Made by a program: the position numbers and the translations under genes. Source: Eledone cirrhosa (lineage: Eukaryota). Taken from it: DNA of 64,000 bases. The stretch spans positions 118,854,001 to 118,918,000 of the forward strand of contig OZ024743.1 in NCBI GenBank assembly GCA_964016885.1, given 5' to 3'. Position 1 is the stretch's first letter, and each line of letters begins with the position of its first letter. Shown here piece after piece: positions 27,310 through 40,700 of this stretch. The notes below the pieces were generated by a model, which was given only the letters and a program-made list of their open reading frames with translations, did not search any database and had not been told where the DNA came from.

Positions 27310-27351
<42 letters not shown>

Positions 27352-27372
27352 TAAGTATATATATATATATTT
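24930..27372. repeat. ~2.4-kb compound (TA)n/(TATG/CATA) microsatellite
   Basis: Direct reading; source of many spurious YI-repeat ORFs. Confidence 0.95.
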
Positions 27373-28444
27373 AACCACTAAAATAATTAAGAAAGTAAGA
27401 CACGATATTTCATATATATCTTTAGATCTCTTTATCTTATGGCAGCTATGTACAATCAGGCAAGTGGGAAATGTTTTTACGTCACAACAATTTCTCGAGT
27501 AAGTTTTTATTTTATGTTACAAGACTGCGCTAAACCGACTTTGATAAGCCACCAATGTTGCACATTATATACAAATATAAGTTGGCATTTTTACTCCACT
27601 TTAAAGTTCTGATTTAAAATATTTTAGGTTTTCGCTATTTTAGTCGATGTAACGCCAAAGATAAGGAAAAAGGTGTAATAACATTAAACAGAAGTGTTGA
27701 AAATATGTCTTACATTCGGATAAATGTTCAAAATGCAATATTAATTTTGTTTATTGGTTTAACATCAAATATATTGCACAGAACTATCAAGCAGAAAGAA
27801 ATCATGATTGGAAAACTGAAAGTTGTAAAGTTCACACTATTCCCAAGAATATGTTTCGTCTTTCGTTAGCAGACGTATGATCAAAAACGTTCCTGCTGTG
27901 ACCATTTCACATTGTATTCAGCTATCGTGTATCTTGAAATACTTAAGAATTTTACAATGTGTAAATATTTGGTTTAATTTGAGCGAGATTTGGTTTATGA
28001 ATTTAAAAGGTTTTCCGACTAAGTAGACCTTTCGTATAATATTAACAGCTCAATTGAAATGGAATTACTTTAACAGTAAAAATACGCTATTTCGTACCTC
28101 GATTCGCGAAAGGATGAACCTTTAGTCAACAAGGATTTTGGTCTGTTCAATATCATAAGGAAACAAAGGTTAGACAAGTTAGTAAGTGTTTAGAGGAATT
28201 TGTGATCAAACAACAGTTGACAGGTAATGGTAAGAGTGGAGCTCATTTGTTTCGTTTTTGTTTTATAAAAAAAAAACAGAGAAATCATGTGACATACTGG
28301 GTTGCCTGGTGTCAAGTCAAATTCAAGTAATTTTTCTAAAAATAAACTAATGAATTTAAGCCGGGTATACCAAAATTACAATGCATCAAATGAATGAATC
28401 AGTTTTGGCTTAAAAATAATCCAAATTGGAATGTATCATTAAAA

Positions 28445-28581
28445 TAATATATATATATATAAAATGTATATATATATATATATGCATATATATATATGCA
28501 TATATATATATGCATATATATATACATATATATACACATATATATACACATATATATATATATATACATATATATATACAC

Positions 28582-28614
<33 letters not shown>

Positions 28615-29509
28615 CATATGTATATATATATATATACATATGTATATATATACATATGTATATATATATATATACATATGTATATATATATATATATACA
28701 TATGTATATATATACATATGTATATATATACATATGTATATATATACATATGTATATATATACATATGTATATATATACATATGTATATATATATATATA
28801 CATATGTATATATATATATATACATATGTATATATATATATATATACATATGTATATAGGTATATATATACATTTAGGTATATATATATATATATATGCA
28901 TATAGGTATATATATATACATTTAGGTATATATATATATATATATGCATATAGGTATATATATATACATTTAGGTATATATATATATGCATATAGGTATA
29001 TATATATATGCATATAGGTATATATATATATAGGCATATAGGTATATATATATATAGGCATATAGGTATATATATATATAGGCATATAGGTATATATATA
29101 TATATGCATATGTATATATATATATATATGCATACATATATATATATGCATATGTATATATATATATATATGCATACATATATATATATATATATATATG
29201 CATATGTATATAGGTATATATATATGTATATATATATATATATATATGTATATGTATATATATGTATATATATATATGTATATGTATGTATATATATATG
29301 CATATATATAAATATATATGCATATATATATATATAAATATATATTCATATATATATATAAATATATATTCATATATATATAAATATATATGGATATATA
29401 TATATAAATATATATGCATATATATATATATATATATAGGTATGTATATATGTATAAATATATATACATATAGATATACGTTTATATATATATATATATA
29501 TATTATATG

Positions 29510-29540
<31 letters not shown>

Positions 29541-29887
29541 TATATGTATATATATGTATATATATATATATGCATATGTATATATATAAATATATGCATA
29601 TATAATCATATGTATATATATATAAATATATATATAGGTATGTATATATATATATATAAATAGATATACGTTTATATATATATATATACATATTATATTA
29701 TATATATATTATATATACATATTATATTATATATATATTATATATTTATATACATATTATATTATATATACATATTATATTATATATATTATATATTTAT
29801 ATACATATTATATAATATATATATATATTATATATTTATATACATATTATATTATATATATATTATATATTTATATACATATTATAT

Positions 29888-29920
<33 letters not shown>

Positions 29921-29928
29921 ATTTATAT
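28445..29928. repeat. ~1.5-kb compound (TA)n microsatellite with higher-order units
   Basis: Direct reading; repeated sub-units such as catatg(ta)n and catttagg(ta)n gcatatagg. Confidence 0.95.
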
Positions 29929-30242
29929 ACCATTTCTTGCTGTATATATAACATTGCTAACGAATAAAAATAACAACAGGAAACAGGCGTTCAGCCGGTT
30001 TCAGATCTATAAACATACACATTTTAATCAAACTTTAAAATAAATTATACATTGTTGCACTGCAGGATAATATACTTAATATTTATTTGATTTGAAATCA
30101 GCTTAATTATAAAAATGAAACTAAAGGAGAATGTTTTTTAAACACATCTTTAAAACAAGGTACATTACTATATATTTCCTTTACTTTCTTTCCCTTGGCT
30201 ACTATATGAAAACACTTTTGTTGAATTTGAAGCTCACATGAG

Positions 30243-30289
<47 letters not shown>

Positions 30290-30473
30290 ACGAGGGAGAG
30301 AGAGAATGGGGAGAAAAAAAGAAAGAACAACTCTATGGTTGAGAATTGCAGCCGGGAAAACTCTAATAGGTGTTGAAAACAGATATTAATTTAATAACTC
30401 AAAACAAAAGGATCCTCTTAAAAGATATCATCGAAAGGCTATTCTTGGACTTTATTTATTTAAAAAATCCCAC

Positions 30474-30518
<45 letters not shown>

Positions 30519-30706
30519 CACACGCACATATACATACATATATATATGAATATATATGTATATACACAAATATATATTCATATATATATATACAAATATA
30601 CATACATATATTCATATATATATATATATATATAGACATTCATATATATACATTTCATATTTATACTTACACACACACACACATTGAGTTACACACCCAC
30701 ACACAC

Positions 30707-30780
<74 letters not shown>

Positions 30781-30814
30781 AACACACACAAACTTTAATC
30801 TGTTATTTTAATAA

Positions 30815-30846
<32 letters not shown>

Positions 30847-32864
30847 TATTGAGCGATTTATTGATTTTTAAGAAGTAGTAAACATATAATCCCACATTTG
30901 TCTCTAGTTGTAGCTGATAATTGCCGAAAATATATGTCTCCCAGGTTCATCGTTGATATATGCGTTATTTCATTATTTTTCGCTTCAATAATTGTTGTTA
31001 CTTGCCTCAATAACACTTATTTGAAGATAGGTATGAGTTATTTTAAATAAATGAAAATATTTGTATTAATCTAATATAAACATTATGAATTTACGGGAAG
31101 AGAATAATATATTTCATGATCAGCCTGAAAGCTTGCTTCAAATTCACAAGGATGTCGGAAAATTGATGTTATGGCGTTTATGCATTTTCCAAGTAAATGT
31201 GCCGGTAAATAATTCAAGTAATATGGTTTTAACTGATACTATAAAACGAAACCTTTTTGCAAGTACATTTCGCTGGTATATTTTTCTTAATCTATGATGT
31301 GCCATCACAAGTGGTTTAAACATGTTATAACCCACCAGCTCTTAAATTTAATGTTTCACCTGCCCCCTTCCCCATTATTTTAATATCAAATTCAACATAT
31401 TTAACAAAAAAAAAAAAAAAAAATTAAATTTGTGTGGTTTTTATATTTTTACTCTTTCATCTTGTAATTAAAAAAAAAAAATGAGAAACGGAGAAAAAAC
31501 ATTTTCGCTATTGAAACACCCGTTGGCCCTATAACGTTCACCAAGTAATATTTACCTTTAAACCAGAATTATTTGTCATCCCACTATGTTGCAGTAGGGA
31601 GGGATCCATCGTTCAAGGAGTATTGATCAAGTAAACAATCTAATAAAGGTTGATTCATGTTATCATTTTTCAGTTTCAATAGATTTTTTTGTTTTCTTTT
31701 TTTTCACATTTCATCGGAAGAACAGAAAATAAAATAAAAATATTACGAATGTATTCACATAGATTTCTTCCTCATTCTTTACAGTTATTTGTCTTATTAT
31801 AAGATTTATTTAAAACTTTTTAATGTTTGTTCTTTTATTTAATTGTGGTTGTGTTGGTTTGTTTGTATGTTTGTTTGTTTTGTTTTGTTTTGTTTTTTTG
31901 ATGGGGGTTTTTAATGTTAGCTTCCAATTTTTTACAATTAAATGAAATTAATATACTTGGTCTACGAAAATCTTCGAATTATTTTTTTGTGAATATCTTG
32001 ACTCAAAATATTCTCTTTCCTTTTTCATTAATGTCATTGTATTCCCTCCTATATTATACACATCTCTTTTCCATTCTTTTTTTTTTTAATTCGAAGATGT
32101 TACATAACAAGTACGTGATAAAAATTAAAATAATTACGTCCTTATGCCATGAATTTGGTCAGCCATTTTAGAAGCATTCTTAAATGTAACCCTCGTATTT
32201 ATGCCCCTGTGTTCTCATACTTCGGTCCCTTTTGTTTAACTCCCTTTTGAAATATCTGCTGCGGCAGTGTTCAGGGATTTTGTTGCTATCTTTTTCCGCC
32301 TCGCCTTTCTTTTTTCCGCATCACCATTAAGCGTTTATTTCTTCCATGTTGTTTGTAATAAACAAGTAGCAATAATGATGACGACTACAATACTTTGCTG
32401 ACGACGCTCTTCATTTGTTTGTCTTCTTTTCGAGTTTCTTTCATTTTCATTTTTCAGATGGTGTCACCAATCTATACATTTTATTGCATTGAATTGTTGT
32501 TATCTGGAATGTCCTAGGTCCGTTTAATATTGTCTGTACTCTTATCATCATTATTACTATTATCATCATCATTTACATACAGCAATCAAATAGGAACAAC
32601 TGATTAGATAAAAGGAAAATTAGTGGTAAGTTAAAATGTTTAAAAAAGCATCGTAAAATAGTACAATGTAGAAGTTTGAAAAAAAAATGAAGCTAAAATG
32701 GATTTGTATTTTATATAATCCTATATGTGACTTCTCTTCAAACCTTCAAGTACTTATTGTTTTCATTTGAGTTGATAGCGTTAGACTGGAAATGACTACT
32801 GACGAATGTTAAATGCAATAATTTGATTGGCTGGATGATTACGCTTCATTTTCTTGTAGTGTGT

Positions 32865-32872
32865 GTATATAC

Positions 32873-32947
<75 letters not shown>

Positions 32948-32992
32948 TTATATGTATATATATGTATGTATATATATGTATATATGTATGTA

Positions 32993-33026
<34 letters not shown>

Positions 33027-33382
33027 TATATATATATGTATGTATATGTATGTATATATATATGTATATATATATGTATGTATATGTATATATATATATG
33101 TATATATATGTATGTATATATATATGTATATATATATGTATATATATATGTATATATATATGTATATATATGTATGTATATATATATATATGTACATATA
33201 TATGCATATATATATGTATATATATATGTACATATATATGCATATATATATATATGTATATATATATATGTATGTATATATATGTACATATATATATGTG
33301 CATATATATATATGTATATATATATATGTATGTATATATATGTACATATATATGCATATATATATATATATATATATATATG

Positions 33383-33451
<69 letters not shown>

Positions 33452-33619
33452 ATGTGTGTATACATGTGTGTCTCTCTCTATATATATATGTAGATATATA
33501 TATATGTGTGTGTATATATGTATATATATATATATCTGTCTATATATATATATATATATGTCTATGTATATATATATACGTCTATGTATATATATATACG
33601 TCTATATATATATATATAC

Positions 33620-33668
<49 letters not shown>

Positions 33669-33678
33669 AGTATGTATG

Positions 33679-33725
<47 letters not shown>
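32865..33725. repeat. compound (CA)n/(TA)n microsatellite in the presumptive proximal 3' UTR
   Basis: Direct reading; ~0.5 kb downstream of the TAA at 34261 on the minus strand. Confidence 0.9.
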
Positions 33726-33728
<3 letters not shown>

Positions 33729-34260
33729 CAATTTACCTTTTCCACTCTGCTTATATAGGTTTGCGCATGGAAAATTGTTTATTTAGAATTGTTTTTTTTT
33801 TTAATCTGTTTAATTTATTATTATACCAAGATTTTATTTCAATAAAATCTGATGTGACGTTTATATTTGAGCAATTAACACTGCCGTAATAGTTTTTGCG
33901 TCTTTTCAATTTTTTTTCCAATAGTTGAAGAATATATAATATGTTGTCGCTGTTATTATCATCGTTGTTCATTTTTATATTTCTTCCGTTTTGAGACAAT
34001 CCAGAGAATTGTATATTATTGTGATTTCAATTATGTTTTAATTTTTTGTTTTATTTTGAAAATTTATTCATTATTTCAAACTATTAAAAATACTCTTGTT
34101 TTAACTTTATAATAACAGAAAATAGGACCTCAGGATTCGTCAAAATATTTGGAATTTGGTAAAAACCATCAAAAGAGACTTCAGTAGAACAACATGTTAT
34201 TTCTGGAGAAGAGACTGTAGAGTTACTTTAAATATTTCAAGCAATAAAGGAACGATTTCT

Positions 34261-34337
34261 TTACGTCTTCGATGAACTGGCCACCGAGCTTACCGGATCA
34301 CCAGCTCGGATTGGTTGCGTATAATAGTATGGCGAAT
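34261..34337 (-). CDS. Pax2/5/8: Pax2/5/8-like gene, last coding exon (77 bp incl. TAA): (N)SPYYYTQPIRAGDPVSSVASSSKT*
   Basis: Acceptor ttctctctttttttctag|, in frame with the previous exon. SPYYY at the start of the last exon is characteristic of Pax2/5/8 C-termini. Confidence 0.88.
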
Positions 34338-34812
34338 CTAGAAAAAAAGAGAGAATTGTGGTTTTTCAATAAAATTACATATTCACGACACGACTATAAT
34401 AATTTCTATTTTATCCTTTCTTTTTAAAAAATACAACTACAGTAGGTATAATCCAATAATAGATAGTGCGTACGCGCGCGCGCGCACATTTAGTGCTGTA
34501 TATGTGCATGTGCATGTTCTATCAAAATATATAATGCTACATCGGAAATTGTATTCCTTGATAATCAAAAAATGAAAGATGGTGACTGCTCATTCCCGGT
34601 TAAGTGGGCCAATAACTATAGTAACTAAGACAACTTACATCTGAGAGTTTGTGAGAGCTAAGTCAGTTTAGGAATGATGCGAATTCAGAAACTAATCTAT
34701 GATAGTAAAAATGTATAAGGCACGCTTCAGGTAACGTGCTACAATGCATAACCATCTACAAAGACGATTGGTGATACAACTCTTACTCAAAGCAGCTTCA
34801 TATTATCTAAAT

Positions 34813-35004
34813 ATTAATTGTTTCTACGTTTGGCACAAGGCCAGCAATTACCCAGTGCATTACTGGTACTTTATTTTATAGACCCCGTAAGGATGAAAGG
34901 CAAAGTTAACCTCCGCGGGATTTGAACTCAGAATGGCAAGGGCCGTAACTCTATACGTCAAAGCATGGCGTCCGACCCTCTACCGATACTGCCAATCCAC
35001 CGCC
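34813..35004 (-). mobile_element. main SINE, full length (last Pax2/5/8 intron)
   Basis: Close reverse-complement match to 7301-7496. Confidence 0.9.
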
Positions 35005-35527
35005 ATATCAACTAAATATGAATGTCCTTTAATAAGCCTAGACATCGCAAATTCGAATTATTTGTTCTTTTATAATTAGTGTTCGATCAACAAACTCCCA
35101 GATGTCATTCAATTACCGAATGGTTGGGATTAGTCAAATCAGATAAAAAAAAAAACAGTGTTATTATTGGTCTTGCCATTGCTGATACTATTCACTTGTC
35201 ACAACCCCTGGCAGAACTGTTAGTAACATCTTTAGTTACTTTCCTTCAGCTTTCAACTCTTGGTAGAGGGGGAGGTACACTGATGCAATATATATGGAAT
35301 TGGGGGGATTTTAAAGCTGACAGAGCTCATTCCTCTCCGATAAGGAGATAAAATGTAAAATATAGAGCGGGTGAGTTTGGCCCAGAACTAAAATGGTATG
35401 AAATAAAAAAAAAATAAAAAGAATTCCCAGCTAATATCTATGCGGGCTTAACTAGCCTTCTACGAGATTATATATTAAAGGGCATTTATTGTGTGTTTTC
35501 ATAAGGGTCTCCTATCTTGAAAAGAAA

Positions 35528-35637
35528 CGTGAAATTAAGCGGCTTGCTCAAGATCCTAACTCGCCGACCACTACAGGATTCGAACCTACGCGATTTTATC
35601 ATGAGACCAGCACCCTAACCACTAGATTACATGTCTT
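35528..35637 (-). mobile_element. tRNA-derived SINE head (second family)
   Basis: Minus strand ctagtggttagggtgctgg...gtaggttcgaatcc contains A and B boxes. Confidence 0.65.
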
Positions 35638-35952
35638 TGCTAATGAACTGCTCTTCATTTATTGAACTTAAATTGATGAAATACAAGCTTGAACTCAGAG
35701 CCGAAACGAATACAGCACGGAATTCTATCCGGTGCACTATCGGCTCTGACAATTCCTTTTGAAACATATGGAGGTTTTACTCAGGATAAGGGAAACAATG
35801 CTGCTGTTTAACAGAAAATAAGGTTTTTTATTGTCGTTGTTTTTTTTTAAAGATCAAATTATTTCAATACAATGATTGTTATAATAAGATTTCTATTACT
35901 TAGCAAAATGGGCGAGGGGGCACATAATAAAAACAAAGAAAGTTCTACTTAC

Positions 35953-36039
35953 TATTGATAGGATATCTGACCCACGGTTCGCTATACGCGTAGGAGCCAT
36001 ATGTTGGTGCAGGGCCATAGTTATTCGCATAGTCATTTG
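35953..36039 (-). CDS. Pax2/5/8: Pax2/5/8-like gene, penultimate coding exon (87 bp, phase 1-1): (A)NDYANNYGPAPTYGSYAYSEPWVRYPIN
   Basis: Acceptor ctaacgaactttttcgattctttcag|, donor A|gtaagt, open frame. YSEPWVRYP resembles the Y-N-E/D-x-W-R-F motif of the Pax2/5/8 C-terminal region. Confidence 0.88.
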
Positions 36040-36569
36040 CTGAAAGAATCGAAAAAGTTCGTTAGAATTTCAAATTCTAGGTTTTATTCAGTTTTCAGTA
36101 AGTAACTCGAGATATTTTCATTACATTAAATTATATAAGTAAACACATGAAGACATAAATGAAAAAAAAAAAAAAAACCGTTTCATTCTTGTCTTAAAAC
36201 CATTTGTCTTTCATGTATTAGAATTACTTTTCGCTCGAATACTAAGCAATTAACAGGGTATCATCTGTGAGGTTCGATCTGATAGAATTAGCAACTATAT
36301 ATCCGTAACTTAAAGACAAAAAACACATTTGAAGATATAATCCTTGCTATAAAGAAAGATGTGGTGGTCACGGCTGGAACACCTTTCTCGTCTCGAGGAA
36401 AAAGAACATACAGGTGGTAGTTGTTAACTTTAAAACAAAGTATCCACAGTATACTATTTCATTGTACTTGATACAAGAGATAATATAAAAAGAAAGAAGG
36501 CTGGCTGTATATATGCATATATATTAAAATATAAATATTAATAAAATAGATGTTCTTTTCATCAATTAC

Positions 36570-36622
36570 ATTTTATTATACATATTTCGGATGTACAACA
36601 GTACATCCTCATCAGACAAAAT
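36570..36622 (-). ncRNA. minimal type I hammerhead ribozyme motif, intronic, sense to Pax2/5/8
   Basis: Minus strand: ATTTTGT-CTGATGA-GGATGTAC TGTT GTACATCC-GAAA-TA TG TA-TA-ATAAAAT. 7-bp stem I (one G.U), 8-bp stem II, short stem III, AUA triplet. Confidence 0.85.
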
Positions 36623-36726
36623 ATAATGATACATGACATACCCTGAGATGTTAAGATTTAATCAAGGTGACTACATTTATTAAATATTAACCATTTAATA
36701 TCTCAGGGTATGTCATGTATCATTAT

Positions 36727-36778
36727 ATTTTGTCTGATAGGACGTACTGTTGTACATCCGAAATATGTATAATAAAAT
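36727..36778 (+). ncRNA. defective hammerhead copy (core CTGAT-A, one G lost)
   Basis: ATTTTGT-CTGATA-GGACGTAC TGTT GTACATCC-GAAA-TATGTATAATAAAAT: inverted partner of 36570-36622 with a core deletion and a stem II mismatch. Confidence 0.65.
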
Positions 36779-36916
36779 GTAATTGATCAAAAGAACATCT
36801 ATTTTATTAATATTTAAATATTAATAAGTCCTGAAAATTATTTTCGTTGAGCGCTTCCAATCTACTGTAAAACTCATTCTTTGACATAATCATCGAATAC
36901 TGTTTAACAATTTAAT

Positions 36917-36994
<78 letters not shown>

Positions 36995-37337
36995 CAAGAG
37001 GCTGAATTGAATGGGTTATAACATGGATGAGAAGCACATTTGGCCTCAGCAAGATTTGAACTTAAAGAAACCAGAGATATTGCAAGTCCTTTAGTCTCCC
37101 ACATTAACTTTTCTGCTAATTACACATAGTAATGATAATCATTTCTAACGGAGGCACATAGTCAGTAATTTCAAGCGAAAGGATGTTGATTATATTGACT
37201 TCCTTATTTCACTAGTACATTATTTTATCGATGAAGTCGAAGTAAACCACAGCAGGATTTGAATACAGCTTGTAAAGAGTTGGAACAATTAGCACAAAGC
37301 ATTTTGTCCGACACACTCATAATTTTGCCAACAAATA

Positions 37338-37384
<47 letters not shown>

Positions 37385-38458
37385 TCTATAATTAGTGATA
37401 CTAATATGCCTTTTAATAACCCTTTGTTTGAAGACGCTTGAAAATTGACAGTATTTCGTTGTTTTGTAGTTTTATGTATCATGATCACGGATGTGTAATA
37501 TAAGCCTAATATTCTGTTTGCAGAACAAATTCCATGTGCAGTGCTCTCAGACATTAAGCAAATAAAGCAGTTGGAGGAAATTGGCCCCAGAGACAAATCT
37601 TTCAATTCTAATCCTATCAAATCAACAAATCAGGGATCTCCTGAACTGCGTGACCAATTTACTGCTTTGAATTGAACGATACAATCCTCATGAGAATAAG
37701 GCGACAGTTGCCGAAAACAACGTAACATTTTTGATTGAGTGTCGTTGAACATATGCTGCATGCTCAGACTGAAGGTGACATGATTCTATATCTGATGATA
37801 TTTGAATGATAACATTATGTCAAACAAAAGGAATGGGGCTTAGTAATTATATTTCAATCAGATGATAATATATGAAACAGAGAATATTAAAAAACAATTT
37901 TGTTTTATCTTAGTTCAAAGATCGATTAACTTGCTAGAAAACTAGAGAAACCAAATAAATTATTTGACACCAATTCTGCTTAATGATACAAGAGATTGTT
38001 GCTACCAGATAAAGTAGTTTTGAAAAATGATCATGTCCATGTTATTCTCAGTTTGTTTTTTACTATGGGCTGAGTATTTTATGGATTTTTTCTCTTTTCA
38101 TTTTCCTTGTATTTTTATGTTGACAATATCACATCATAAAGATAGTGAATACTCTACTTCACCCAATGAAACATGTATGTATGTATGTATGTATGTATGT
38201 ATGTATGTATGTATGTATGTGTGTGTGTGTGGGAGGGGGGGTGTATTTGTGTTCGCAAATGGTGAAACTTGAGATGACCTGATATGGCAAGTTTCGAACG
38301 ATATAAATCATGTGTCTCGCTCTCTGGAAAAAATAATGTATTTATTATATGTCATGTTTGTATAAAATGAATGTGTCTAAATTTGCTGGGAAATATAGAT
38401 ATAATTAACTTTCAATTCTTTTGGAGGATTTTACAATTCAACACTTCCATATGAATTG

Positions 38459-38501
<43 letters not shown>

Positions 38502-38941
38502 GTGTGTGTCAAACATATGTTTAAGACATAAAAACAACAACAATAATAATAATAATAGTTTTTTATTTTGGCCCTAGGGCAATTATTTTGGAGTGGGGCT
38601 CTATTAAACCTCCACCGGTATATTAGTTGTAATTTATTATATTCATCTCGAAAGTTGACCTCCGTGGGATTTGAACAGAACGTAAATATTCTTAACAAAT
38701 ACCACAAAACATTAGTCTGGTGTACGCAATTTTGTGCCAATCAAAGAATAAAAAGAAATAATATAAGAGCCAATTATCATAAGTTTACTAACACTGAAAA
38801 TATCACACGTTCGTAAATTAAAACAACATTCATTTTATTGGTATTAAAACATGGGTTTAAACTGCATTATAGCTATTGTTTTATTGAGAGAATATATACC
38901 TGAACACAGGGACATATTTACGCGATTTTTATAGTTGTTAA

Positions 38942-38991
<50 letters not shown>

Positions 38992-39619
38992 AGCCACCAG
39001 ACAGGTTTTTTTTTTCCATTGTTAAGAAACCTTTATTATAGCAGCCATTTAATATACAAGTAACCAGTTTACATTGATGATTAATGTTGCGTTACAACAC
39101 AAGGAACTGCCCATGAAAATCTCGGAATCGCAGTATTTTACAGCCACCCACACACACACAGACACACACACACACACACAGAGACACACACACAATCTTA
39201 TTTTATTTCTTAGGATTACTGTTATTAGTTTCATCTTTTCCATTCTTTTTTCCCCAGTTTTTATTACTCTTATTGTTATATCCCTTGTTCATACGTTATA
39301 TATCAATGTCAATTCTACCAGTTGACATATAGCACGTAAAAGAAAATAAGTATGTTGCACTTAAACTGAATATCAAAACTTAATCCTTTTTATTCTGTTT
39401 TTGCCGCTTTCCCTTATTTCTTTTTCCTCATATATTTTTCGTGAATATAGATATTATTACACAAATAGTTTATTGCAGTTTTATCAACAGAAAATATATT
39501 GACTATATTAGCATTAAAATAGATACGACAGAGACGGGTTTCGTAAAATTAATATTCAGGTTTTTACGTAGAAAATTAGTTATTAAATGTAATTGTTATG
39601 CAGATAAAGATTGATGTGA

Positions 39620-39810
39620 CGAGCCCTTGTCCAACAAATCTATAATCAAGTCATTGTTGCTATCTGTGACTTTCCAATCTTTTCAGATAGTTTTTCTGAA
39701 TATACACTACCCAATACCCACCTCTACTGTTGTAATGTTTGTTTGCTTCTTTATAATTGTACAGATTTAGCTGCTGTTTCTAGCAACTCGAGTGACTAAG
39801 TAGGAGTTAA
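39620..39810 (+). repeat. old dispersed repeat family (further copies ~53455-53630 +, ~36270-36390 -, ~48370-48420 -)
   Basis: Shared words ca-a-cta-t-at-aa..., gattt-g-t-c--tttctagca---cgagtg among the listed loci. Highly diverged. Confidence 0.45.
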
Positions 39811-40399
39811 TAAATCAACACGTTTAATTATTAGTTATATATTTAGATTTAGTAAACACTTTGTTAATTTAATTGTAGCAGATGTTGACCAATATTGTCA
39901 CCGACAATATCTAACTTAAAGGCAAAGTCATTTCATATTTAAGTCATACATTGAGAAGTAGATATACATTTGAAAATAAAGCAACTAAAATGCGCCTTAT
40001 GTCTGGTTCTAAATTATAGTTGTTTCTGAAATTCAATGCCTTTTCGTTAACTGAATACATATCTTATCTGTATCTATCTATCTAGTACCGTCTAATTACT
40101 GTGACTATCATCTCATTCGGTTAATACCGTTATAAATTTGACTGTAAGGACATAAACTATAATTATATCCTTGGTGATCTGTCGTAGAAGTCAGTGTTGC
40201 GTAAAGACGCTCCGTCAAATTGTCACTAGAATGTCATGTGAGAGACGATTAACGGAGGCCACCTCAACATGGTAAATACTAAAGAAGGCTTGTTATGCCA
40301 ATAGCAAGAAATGACACACCAATTATAAAAGGCTTGTAGAGTACAATAAATTAAAAGATGTTTATAAGAGTATGTATGTATGTATATATATATATATAT

Positions 40400-40700
40400 A
40401 ATAATTTTTTCTACTTTTGGCACAAGGCCAGCAATTACTCAGTGCATTACTGGTACTTTATTTTATAGACCCCGTAAGGATGAAAGGCAAAGTTAACCTC
40501 GGCGGGATTTGAACTCAGAATGGCAAGGGCCGTAACTCTATGCGTCGAAGCATGGCGTCCGACCCTCTACCGATACTGCCAATATAATAATTGTTTCTAC
40601 TTTAGGCACAAGGCCAGCAATTACCCAGTGCATTACTGGTACTTTATTTTATCGACCCCGTAAGGATGAAAGGCAAGTCAACCTCGGCGGGACTGCCAAT
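40400..40700 (-). mobile_element. tandem pair of main SINE copies
   Basis: Two consecutive ggcacaaggccagcaattac...ccccgtaaggatgaaaggcaa units. Confidence 0.9.

Larger units (their letters stand above)
36533..36815. repeat. inverted repeat (~120-bp arms, ~45-bp spacer) carrying hammerheads
   Basis: 36533-36650 is the near-perfect reverse complement of ~36697-36815. Confidence 0.92.

Noticed and set aside
24845-33889. Long ORFs (up to 356 aa) rich in Y/I/H/T/C/V, and the similar ORFs at 5-8 kb and 50-57 kb
   Set aside because: Translations of (TA)n/(CA)n/(GA)n microsatellites, which lack stops by construction.
35528-35637. tRNA gene
   Set aside because: A and B boxes are present, but there is no acceptor stem closure and it continues into SINE body sequence.
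37524-37675. Plus-strand acceptor (ctaat...ttctgtttgcag) followed by ~50 open codons (EQIPCAVLSDIKQ...)
   Set aside because: No recognisable homology and no partner exons on +; antisense within the Pax intron. Compatible with chance.
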